Below, one piece after another: positions 56,570-64,000 of a DNA stretch of 64,000 bases. Made by a program: the position numbers and the translations under genes. Numbering within the stretch: the stretch's first letter is position 1; every line of letters starts with the position of its first letter. A model generated the notes under the pieces. That model did no database searches and had not been told where the DNA came from. It saw only the letters and a program-made list of their open reading frames with translations. The DNA is from an uncultured Actinomycetota bacterium (GTDB taxonomy: Bacteria > Actinomycetota > Actinomycetes > Mycobacteriales > Pseudonocardiaceae). The stretch spans positions 24,168 through 88,167 of the forward strand of contig CAWADQ010000042.1 in assembly GCA_963780835.1 (NCBI GenBank), given 5' to 3'.

Positions 56570-57924
56570 ATTGCCCCGCTGGTGTGCACGAGGGGCGCGA
56601 AGTTCACGTCGACCGCCTCGCCATCGCCCCGCACGATACGGACGGACGTGCCCGCGCCTATCAGGGCGTCGGACTCGACCGATGCTGCCGAGGTCCGAGT
56701 CGAGGACGAGGTGAACGGATTGGCCCAATGGCGCTGTACGTACTCGAACTGGTCCTCGATGCTCGCCATGAAGGCGTTGAAGATCATTCCGCGCTCGACC
56801 TTGTCCGTCTTGCCGTCAGCCAGGTACGGGCCGAACGACGTCCCTCGCCGGAGCAGTCGGTGCTGGCGGTCATGGAACACGTCGTCGTCGCGCGGGTTCA
56901 TCCTGCGGATGTGCGCGGAGAGCGGAGTCGTCGCCCCGGCCGGGTCTCCGGCAAAGGTGAAATCGTTGTCCCCCCCGTAGCCGCCGTGCCCGACTGAGGC
57001 GAGGGGACGTCCGCCCGTGGTGCGCCCGATCGCGTTCGCCTCCACGCCGACAGTCGCTACGACAGTGGAGCGGAGGCGGGCCGCCTGCGACCTCCAACCG
57101 TGGACGTCCTGGGTCAGGCGAAGCAGCACCTGGAACGACCCGTCGTGCATCCAGGCGGGCGGTGTCGGCCTGGTGACCGACACCGGGTAGAACCTCGGCT
57201 CTGCGTCGTACCCGAGGACGAACTCGCCCGGGGCGATGACCGGTGAACCGGGCTGGTCGGCGACCTCCAGACGCCGGTGCCGGATCACCTCCGGGGTGAA
57301 ACCGCGGACGCCCGGCTGCGAGATGCCGTCCCGAAACCCGAAGTGGTCGATCTTGCCCTCGAGCCGGCCGGCGCGCTGTCCCGGGGTCGTCGTGCCGTCG
57401 CCCTGCTTCAGGTCGAGCACAACGAGACCGTGTGTTGCCGCTCGGTCCCACTCCTTCTGCGCAGCCGCCATGAGAAGGTCGTCGTCGTCCGCCGCGATCG
57501 TCAGCACCACGTCCGGCTCCTGATGCGGAGCCCCGACCACCCATCGGGACGGGTCGCTGGCGGCCGGGTCACCGACGAGTGCGGCCGACTTCGCGGGGCT
57601 GCCGTCGCCGTAGTCCCGATCCGCTGCCGCGCCCTGTCGGAACGACGTGAAGGCAGTCAACTCGTCCGCGAGTTCCGAGTGAAGCGCCACGAGGCCCGAG
57701 AACGTGAAGCCAATGGCCAGCCATATCGGTCTGGTGACCTCGTCCAGCATCTTCTGCGTGGAGGCGAGCGCCGGATCCGCCACGATCTCCGCGAGCCAGT
57801 CGCGGGAGCGCTGGGCGTCGTCGCCGAAGCAGGCGAAGACGTAGAGAAAGCGCTCCTTCTTGAAGGGCGTCAGAATGTTGCCCTGGATGTTTGGAAGGGA
57901 CTCGGCGGACAGGATGCCCGGCAT
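56509..57924 (-). CDS. DyP-type heme peroxidase, 471 aa
   Basis: IQGNIL, HFGFRDGISQP, DGSF, AHIRRMNPR, LRRG, QFEYVQ. Confidence 0.9.
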   Translation of the reverse strand: MPGILSAESLPNIQGNILTPFKKERFLYVFACFGDDAQRSRDWLAEIVADPALASTQKMLDEVTRPIWLAIGFTFSGLVALHSELADELTAFTSFRQGAAADRDYGDGSPAKSAALVGDPAASDPSRWVVGAPHQEPDVVLTIAADDDDLLMAAAQKEWDRAATHGLVVLDLKQGDGTTTPGQRAGRLEGKIDHFGFRDGISQPGVRGFTPEVIRHRRLEVADQPGSPVIAPGEFVLGYDAEPRFYPVSVTRPTPPAWMHDGSFQVLLRLTQDVHGWRSQAARLRSTVVATVGVEANAIGRTTGGRPLASVGHGGYGGDNDFTFAGDPAGATTPLSAHIRRMNPRDDDVFHDRQHRLLRRGTSFGPYLADGKTDKVERGMIFNAFMASIEDQFEYVQRHWANPFTSSSTRTSAASVESDALIGAGTSVRIVRGDGEAVDVNFAPLVHTSGAIYAFAPSIPGLGLLASSDTI

Positions 57925-57969
57925 GTCGGCTCACCTCTTCCGGAGATATGCGAGAGTGCGGAGATCGGT

Positions 57970-59718
57970 TCAGCGCCGGGTGGTGCCCAGCGACACGTAG
58001 TCGTACATCTGGAACCCGTTGGTAATGTAGGCATTCGTGAGGTTCGGCGGGCGGTACAGCTGCAGCGTCGACCAGATCCCGGGGACGAGGAACGCGTTCT
58101 CCATCACGCGGCGGTCGATGTCGACCCACAACTTCTCGCGGGCGGTGGTGTCCGTGGTGCGCAGCGCCTCGTCCAGCAGGGCGTCGATCGCGGGATCGAC
58201 GATTCCGAGATTGGTGTTGCCCGCGTCGCGGATCACCCGGCTGTCGACGATCTGGGAGAGGAAGCCGAATCCGTCGGGCCAGTCGGCTCCCCACCCGGCG
58301 ACGATCAGCCCGAGGTTGTTCGCCTTGACGAAGGCCGGGTTCCCGGCGTAGAGCTTGAAGTAGTCGCCGGCCGGGAACGGCCGCAGCTCCAGTTTGATGC
58401 CGGCTCGGCCCAGTGACTGCTGGAGCGCCTCGGCCACGGCCCGCTCGTCGGGCCGCTCCGCGCGGTAGGAGATCGTGGTCGCGAAGCCCTCCGGACGGCC
58501 GCAGCGGACCAGCGCCGCGCGTGCCTGGTCCGGGTCGCCTGCGTTTCCCGGCGTCGGGTAGAGGTCGAACCGCTGCGCGCCCGCGATGACCGGCGGCAGC
58601 AGGTTCGTCGCGATCTCCCCGGCGGTCTCTCCGCCGTACGCGCGCTGGTAGCCGGTCCGGTCCGCGGCCAGGAGCACTGCCTTGCGACAGTCGACGTTGT
58701 CCAGCGGCGGGACGCTCGCGCTCAGCGCCGTGTACCAGAGCAGCGCGGCCGGCGCGGAGTCGACGTTGGCGCGGAGCGTGGCATCGGCGAGAATCCGGCC
58801 CTGGACCGGCCGCCCGATCCCCGACCCCTCGACGCCGACATCCAGGTCGCCGGAGATCAGCCGGTTGTCGAGGTCGTCGCGGTTGACGTTGAGAGCCACC
58901 TCGATCCGGTCCGGTAGCGCCGCGCGGTGGGGGTCGGTGGCCGGATCCCAGTTCGGGTTGCGCACGAGGGTCAACCGCGTGCCCGATTGGACGGTCTCGA
59001 ACATGTAGGGGCCGCTGGAGACCACGTGTTCCTTGTAGGCGGTTCCGGTGTCCTTCGCGATCGGTACCGGCGTCGTCGCCGGGAGCTGCGCGAAGTAGTC
59101 GAACCCGCTGAACGGGGTCTTGAGATTGAAGACGACGGTCCGGTCGTCCGGAGTCTCGATCGCGGTGAGGCCCAGCTTGTCCGGTGTGGGGTCGGAGTAG
59201 GGACTCGTATAGCCCTGGGTGTCAAGAAAGTCGTTGAAGTAGGTCGGGCCGTTGGGGAAGGTGCTCTTGTCGAGCGAGCGCTCGACGGCGTACTTGACGT
59301 CGCGGCTGGTGACGGGCGTGCCGTCCTCGAACTTCACGCCCGCACGCAACCGGTAGGTCCACCTCCGCGCGTCGGCACTGGGCGTGCCCAGCGATTCGGC
59401 GAGGTCGGGCACGAGAGTCGAGCCCTCGGCGCCGAGTGCAGGCTTGAACATCGTGAGCGTGCGCCCGTACAACCGCGCGAAGTTCCATGCATAGGTGTAG
59501 TAGGTGTCGGCCGGGTCGAGCGAGTCCCAGTCTCCCGTGTTGGCGAACCGCAGTGTGCCGCCTCGGATGTCGGACGGGTTGTGCACTCCGCCGGAGGGCG
59601 GCGCGGCCGTCGACGGAGCACTGCTCGTCGGCGAGCTCGATCCAGCGCAGGCGGAGAGGAGCATCGCTGCGACGGTTCCGAGACCGATGGCCATGAGTCG
59701 TGCTCGAGTCATCGTCAC
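57970..59718 (-). CDS. ABC transporter substrate-binding lipoprotein, family 5 (OppA/BldKB-like)
   Basis: Lipobox LSAC; SLDP, PDLA, KFEDG, SGPY, WGADWPD. Confidence 0.9.
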   Translation of the reverse strand: MTMTRARLMAIGLGTVAAMLLSACAGSSSPTSSAPSTAAPPSGGVHNPSDIRGGTLRFANTGDWDSLDPADTYYTYAWNFARLYGRTLTMFKPALGAEGSTLVPDLAESLGTPSADARRWTYRLRAGVKFEDGTPVTSRDVKYAVERSLDKSTFPNGPTYFNDFLDTQGYTSPYSDPTPDKLGLTAIETPDDRTVVFNLKTPFSGFDYFAQLPATTPVPIAKDTGTAYKEHVVSSGPYMFETVQSGTRLTLVRNPNWDPATDPHRAALPDRIEVALNVNRDDLDNRLISGDLDVGVEGSGIGRPVQGRILADATLRANVDSAPAALLWYTALSASVPPLDNVDCRKAVLLAADRTGYQRAYGGETAGEIATNLLPPVIAGAQRFDLYPTPGNAGDPDQARAALVRCGRPEGFATTISYRAERPDERAVAEALQQSLGRAGIKLELRPFPAGDYFKLYAGNPAFVKANNLGLIVAGWGADWPDGFGFLSQIVDSRVIRDAGNTNLGIVDPAIDALLDEALRTTDTTAREKLWVDIDRRVMENAFLVPGIWSTLQLYRPPNLTNAYITNGFQMYDYVSLGTTRR

Positions 59719-59819
59719 GGGCCGGTCCTCCTCGGACGTCGTGCCTCGATTCCTGCTCAGCTCTGGAGAGGAGATTCGCCCCCAAACAGATACATCGGTG
59801 TCCTATTCGGGGTCGTCGG

Positions 59820-60045
59820 TCAGGCAGCAGGGGTCGGCAAAAAGTCAGACAGCTCCAGGAAGTCATCGAGCAACATGCGCGCCGGCGGCGTCGACCACAC
59901 CCACGCGGCCGCGTACGCCGCGGCGGGCACCGCCAGTCCGACGCCCTCGGTCAAAGCAATCTCCAGCAGTTCGCGGGCGTGCACGGTTGACCCGACGGCC
60001 AGGGCGCGGATTGCGTCGCCGTTGCAGACAAGTCCAGTCACGCGG
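59820..60045 (-). pseudogene. Probable PIN/VapC-like N-terminal remnant
   Basis: LVCNGDAIRALAVG...LAVPAAAYAAAW resembles LVLDxxAL...VPAxxxAxxW. Confidence 0.4.
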
Positions 60046-60225
60046 TGCGGCGGGCCGGCGGCAGCCGGAGCACCCGGCGGCCCCACTCGTGCACGTGCCC
60101 GGGAATCGGCTCCTTGCCGGCGTCACGGGCGGCGAGCCAGCGCAGCGATTGCTCGTGGTCCAGCTTGACCCCGACCGGTGGCAGCCCGAGCTCGCCGCGC
60201 TCTGGCGTCTCGGGTTCCTCGGCGG

Positions 60226-60597
60226 TCACGTGATGAGGGTAGCGGCACGGCACCCGCACGTCAGCCAGGCGGGTAGGACCCAGTTGGTGAGGATCATGCA
60301 GGTCGCGGTGCCGGTGAGGATGCTGAGCACGACGTTGCGGCGCCACCGGTGCACGACGACGGTGACGGCGACGCCGGCCAGTTCGGGCAGGCCGCGGGTG
60401 GGTGTGGTCAGGTCGATCTGTGCCAGGCAGTAGACGGCGAGGACGGTGATCGCGCCCAGGGGCATCCATCGGCCGACGTCGGCGAGCAGCGCCGACCCGG
60501 CCACGGCGTTCTTGAGGGCGAAGGGGAGGGCGCGCAGTGCGACGGTGATCGTGACCGCGACGGTGAGGGCGGTCACGATGTAGGTGGGGTCAGGCAC
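60226..60597 (-). CDS. azlD: AzlD-type branched-chain amino acid exporter small subunit
   Basis: ITVALRALPF, WMPLG, LAVYCL, HRWRRNVVLSILTGT. Confidence 0.8.
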   Translation of the reverse strand: MPDPTYIVTALTVAVTITVALRALPFALKNAVAGSALLADVGRWMPLGAITVLAVYCLAQIDLTTPTRGLPELAGVAVTVVVHRWRRNVVLSILTGTATCMILTNWVLPAWLTCGCRAATLIT

Positions 60598-60815
60598 GGG
60601 CGGGTCGCCGTCCCCGGCGGGTCAGGTGGTGGCGAGCGGCGAGGCTTGCCGCGAACACGCTCATCGCGACCAGCAGCATCGATGCGGGGGCGACCAGCAG
60701 CGCGACCATGGCCGAGCCGGCAGCCGACGCCAGCGTGCACAGGTCGGGGCAGTCCTGAAACGCGTCCATGGTCAGCACGACGAACAGGGCGGTGAGGACG
60801 AACCCGAGGGGGGCA
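60590..60815 (-). pseudogene. azlC: AzlC C-terminal remnant
   Basis: LGFVLTALFVVL...LLVAPASMLLVAM, immediately upstream of azlD. Confidence 0.7.
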
Positions 60816-60995
60816 GCGATGAAGGAGGTGGCCGAGCTGCGCCGCATGTTCGGCATCCCCGACTACCTGCTCCGTGTCCAGGTCGCCGACCTACCCGCCT
60901 ACGAGCGTTGGCTGACCACCCAACTGATGGGTGACCCTGCCATCGCCCGCGTCGACTCCCGCATCACCATGAAACTCCTCAAGCTCCGCAGGTGA
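60816..60995 (+). pseudogene. Lrp/AsnC regulator C-terminal remnant
   Basis: EVAELRRMFGIPDYLLRVQVADLPAYERWLT...SRITMK; HTH missing. Confidence 0.75.
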
Positions 60996-60996
60996 C

Positions 60997-62091
60997 CTAG
61001 CCTGCCCAGGTCAGGCTGGTCCACGCCTCGTTCAGCACCTCCCGGTACGGGGAGGGGTCGATGCCCTGCCCGCGCAGCCACCCGACGTCGCAGAAGGTCG
61101 TGTCGTACCGGTCGGACCGGTCACACATCAGCGTGACGATGCTGCCCGCGAGGCCGTGCTCGTGCAGCTCGCACGCCAGCCGCAGAGCGCCGTAGATGTT
61201 GGTGCCGGTCGACGGCCCGGCGCGGACACCGATCCGGTCGGCGAGAAACTGCATGGCGGCGACCGATGCCGCGTCCGGCACGCCGATCATGCGATCGACG
61301 ACCTGCGGCAGGAACGAGGGCTCGACGCGCGGTCGTCCGATGCCCTCGATACGCGAGCCCGGTCCCCGAGGCGCCTCGCCCGCATAGGCCGGCAGGAAGG
61401 CCGAGCCCTCCGGGTCCACGACCGCCAACCGCGTGGCGTGGCCGCGGTAGCGCAGGTAGCGGCCGATGGTGGCGCTCGTACCGCCGGTACCCGCGCCGAC
61501 GACGATCCAGGCCGGCACGGGGTGTGGTTCGGCCGCCAGCTGGTCGAAGATCGATTCGGCGATGTTGTTGTTGCCGCGCCAGTCGGTGGCCCGCTCGGCG
61601 TTGGTGAACTGGTCGAGGTAGTGCCCACCGAGTTCGTCGGCGAGTCGGCGGGCGGTGCCGTACACCTCGCCCGCCGAGTCGACGAACTCACATCGGCCGC
61701 CCTCACGCTCGATCAGCGCGACCTTGCCGGGACTCGTCGACCGAGCGACCACGGCCACGAACGGGAGCCCGACCAGGCGGGCGAAGTACGCCTCGCTGAT
61801 CGCGGTCGACCCGCTGGAGGCCTCCACCACCGTGCTGCCGCGGTCGATGTCGCCGTTGCAGATGGCGTAGAGAAACAGTGACCGGGCCAGCCGGTGCTTG
61901 AGGCTGCCGGTGGGGTGGGTCGACTCGTCCTTGACGTAGATGTCCACGGGCGAGCCGGCCGGTGTGGGCAGCCGAAGCAGGTGGGTGTCGGCGCTGCGGC
62001 GCGCGTCGGCGTGCAGCCGGGCGACCGCCCAGTCGACCCAATGCCGGTCCGCGGTCACGGCCTCCACGTCCCTCAGCGATTCGACGGGCAC
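60997..62091 (-). CDS. cds1: PLP-dependent cysteine synthase family protein (Cds1-like cysteine desulfhydrase)
   Basis: [47 protein letters not shown]. Confidence 0.8.
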   Translation of the reverse strand: MPVESLRDVEAVTADRHWVDWAVARLHADARRSADTHLLRLPTPAGSPVDIYVKDESTHPTGSLKHRLARSLFLYAICNGDIDRGSTVVEASSGSTAISEAYFARLVGLPFVAVVARSTSPGKVALIEREGGRCEFVDSAGEVYGTARRLADELGGHYLDQFTNAERATDWRGNNNIAESIFDQLAAEPHPVPAWIVVGAGTGGTSATIGRYLRYRGHATRLAVVDPEGSAFLPAYAGEAPRGPGSRIEGIGRPRVEPSFLPQVVDRMIGVPDAASVAAMQFLADRIGVRAGPSTGTNIYGALRLACELHEHGLAGSIVTLMCDRSDRYDTTFCDVGWLRGQGIDPSPYREVLNEAWTSLTWAG

Positions 62092-62125
62092 GGCGTGCTC
62101 CTCTCCGGGATCCGCTTGCTTGAGG

Positions 62126-63484
62126 TCACTGCGGCGATTCAGCGGCCTTTCCGGCGAGGTCGGGAAGGGCGGGCCGGTGCAGCCAGGCGGTGAAGAACGC
62201 CGAGAGGTCCGTGCCGGCGTGCCGCGCGGCCAACTCGACGAACTGCGCGGTGCTCACCGTCGCGTGCCGGTGCCGCGCCGTCCAGTCGCGCAGCAGGGTG
62301 AAGAATCGCTCGTCGCCGATCCGGGTGCGCAGCGCGTGCAGCACGAGCGCGCCGCGCTTGTAGACCCGCTCGTCGAACATCCGCGCCGGCCCCGGGTCGG
62401 CGAGGACGAGGTCAGCCGGCATCGCCGCCACGTGCGCGTGCCACTCCCGGGCGTGCGCCGAGGCGGCGCGGCCGCCGGACGCCTCCGACCACAGCCATTC
62501 CGCGTAGGTGGCGAAGCCTTCGTTGAGCCAGATGTGGCGCCAGTCGGCGATCGTGAGGCTGTTGCCGAACCACTGGTGCGCCAGCTCGTGCACGACGAGC
62601 CGCTCGTGGGTGCGCCGACCGTCGAGGTGGTTCGCCCCGAAGATCGACATGCCCTGGGCCTCGATCGGGTCCTCCAGCTCGTCGTCGGCGACGACGAGCT
62701 GGTAGTTGGCGAACGGGTAGGGCCCGAAGAAGTCCTCCAGCGCCGTCATGATCGCGGGATGCCGGCCGAGGTCGCGCGCGGCGTTCTTGCGCAACCGGGC
62801 CGGCAGCAGCGCCACCTGGGGCACCGGGCCGGCGGCGAGCACGACCTCGTCGTAGCGCCCGATCTGCACGCTGACCAGGTACGACGCCGTGGGCTCCGCC
62901 CGCTCGTACACCCACGTCCGCGTGCCGGCCGAGCGGCGTCGCGCGGTGAGCACACCGGTGACGGCGACCGTGTAGGGCGCCGCGGTCGTCACGGCGATGC
63001 GGTAGGTCGCCTTGTCCGCGGGGTGGTCGTTGCACGGGAACCAGGACGGCGCGCCGACGGGTTGGCTCGCGACGAGCGCGCCGTCGGTCAGCTCCTCCCA
63101 GCCGACGTCGCCCCATCGGCTGGAGACCGGTACGGGCACGCCGGAGTAGCGCACGTCGACGGTGAACCGGCCCGTGACCGGGCGGGCCGGTGTGACGTGC
63201 AGCTTGCCGCTGTCCCGAGGCGATCGTGACTGCGTGAACTTCGCCGGACGGCCGTCGACGAGCACGCGGGGCACGCGGAACGCCGAGAGGTCGAGGCTGA
63301 ACCGGCTCAGGGGCGCGTGGGCCACGGCGGTGAGCACCGCCCGTCCGGCGAGCCGGTTGGTCGCCGGCTTGTAGTCGATGTCCAGGTCGTAGTGCTCGAC
63401 CCGGTAGCCGCCGTTGCCGTGGGCGGGCAGGTACGAGTCGGTCGAGCGGGCCGCACCTGCCGCCGGCTTACGGCTCAGCGCCAC
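62126..63484 (-). CDS. M1 family zinc aminopeptidase
   Basis: [32 protein letters not shown]. Confidence 0.9.
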   Translation of the reverse strand: MALSRKPAAGAARSTDSYLPAHGNGGYRVEHYDLDIDYKPATNRLAGRAVLTAVAHAPLSRFSLDLSAFRVPRVLVDGRPAKFTQSRSPRDSGKLHVTPARPVTGRFTVDVRYSGVPVPVSSRWGDVGWEELTDGALVASQPVGAPSWFPCNDHPADKATYRIAVTTAAPYTVAVTGVLTARRRSAGTRTWVYERAEPTASYLVSVQIGRYDEVVLAAGPVPQVALLPARLRKNAARDLGRHPAIMTALEDFFGPYPFANYQLVVADDELEDPIEAQGMSIFGANHLDGRRTHERLVVHELAHQWFGNSLTIADWRHIWLNEGFATYAEWLWSEASGGRAASAHAREWHAHVAAMPADLVLADPGPARMFDERVYKRGALVLHALRTRIGDERFFTLLRDWTARHRHATVSTAQFVELAARHAGTDLSAFFTAWLHRPALPDLAGKAAESPQ

Positions 63485-64000
63485 GTCGTGATCGGGTTGC
63501 CCAGCCAGCGCGTCGCCGCGGGGACGGCGTCGCCGCGCGTGACCAGGGAGCCGGGGCCGACGGTCGTCCCCGCGCCGATGCCCGCGCCCGGCAGGATGAT
63601 CCCGTTGGGCCCGAGCGTCGCGCCCTCGTCGATGCGCACCTCGTCCATGCTCATGATCCGATCATGGAACAGGTGGGTCTGCACGACACAGCCCCGGTTG
63701 ACCGTCGCCCCGTCGCCGAGACGCACGAGATCGGACTCGGGCAGCCAGTACGTCTCCAGCCACACCCCGCGCCCGATGCTCGCGCCCATGCTCCGCAGCC
63801 ACGCGGTGAGGACGGGGGTGCCGCCCGCATGCCCCACCAGCCACGGGACCGCCAGCACCTCGACGAACGTGTCGGCCAGCTCGTTGCGCCACACGAACGA
63901 GCTCCACAGCGGATGCTCCACCGGCCCGAACCGGCCGACGAGCAGCCATTTCATCGCCGTCGTCACGCAGGCGGCGACGACGCCGGCAGCGAGCAGCAGC
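63475..64000 (-). CDS. C-terminus of a Pls/PosA-family (poly-amino-acid synthetase-like) NRPS, partial
   Basis: HPLWSSFVWRNE, WLRSMGASIG, VQTHLFHDR, hexapeptide-like repeats, WLGNP; adjacent M1 peptidase is the usual partner. Confidence 0.8.
   Translation of the reverse strand, partial: LLLAAGVVAACVTTAMKWLLVGRFGPVEHPLWSSFVWRNELADTFVEVLAVPWLVGHAGGTPVLTAWLRSMGASIGRGVWLETYWLPESDLVRLGDGATVNRGCVVQTHLFHDRIMSMDEVRIDEGATLGPNGIILPGAGIGAGTTVGPGSLVTRGDAVPAATRWLGNPITTWR

Noticed and set aside
1..64000. CRISPR array, rRNA or integrase gene
   Set aside because: No regularly spaced direct repeats, rRNA-like sequence or tyrosine/serine integrase motifs were seen.

Overview
High-GC actinomycete DNA (Pseudonocardia-like by gene content; this is an inference). 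Most of the window is a patchwork accessory island with many truncated genes at cassette junctions. The last ~4 kb looks more like core genome (cds1-like, M1 peptidase, Pls/PosA-type NRPS). The standout candidate for an undescribed system is a five-gene, translationally coupled operon at 18952-12715 (minus strand). It encodes a VioB/RebD-type ferritin-like protein, a LodA/GoxA-type CTQ quinoprotein split into two genes, a QhpD-like radical SAM/SPASM enzyme and a QhpG/LodB-like flavoprotein, so it looks like a hybrid of the Lod and Qhp quinocofactor pathways. The second candidate is a coupled operon at 323-11130: HExxH zincin, CHAT caspase-like protease fused to a P-loop NTPase, a 2032-aa STAND/TM/degenerate-CHAT protein and an unknown protein, with a convergent patatin-like gene. 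It is probably a proteolytic conflict or cell-death system. Other contents: a second ferritin-like fusion protein, tyrosinase plus DUF2182, an M4-like peptidase plus degenerate MBL pair split by an IS605/TnpB remnant, an EAL gene interrupted by IS66 with an IS110 nested in its terminal repeat (putative bridge-RNA guides visible), a tRNA-Arg(CCG) 3' fragment, three TA-toxin remnants, a soluble-adenylate-cyclase-like STAND protein, a DyP peroxidase and an orphan OppA-type binding protein. All family calls come from motif recognition by eye; no database search was run. Several single-base frameshifts (e.g. in hrpB) may be sequencing errors.
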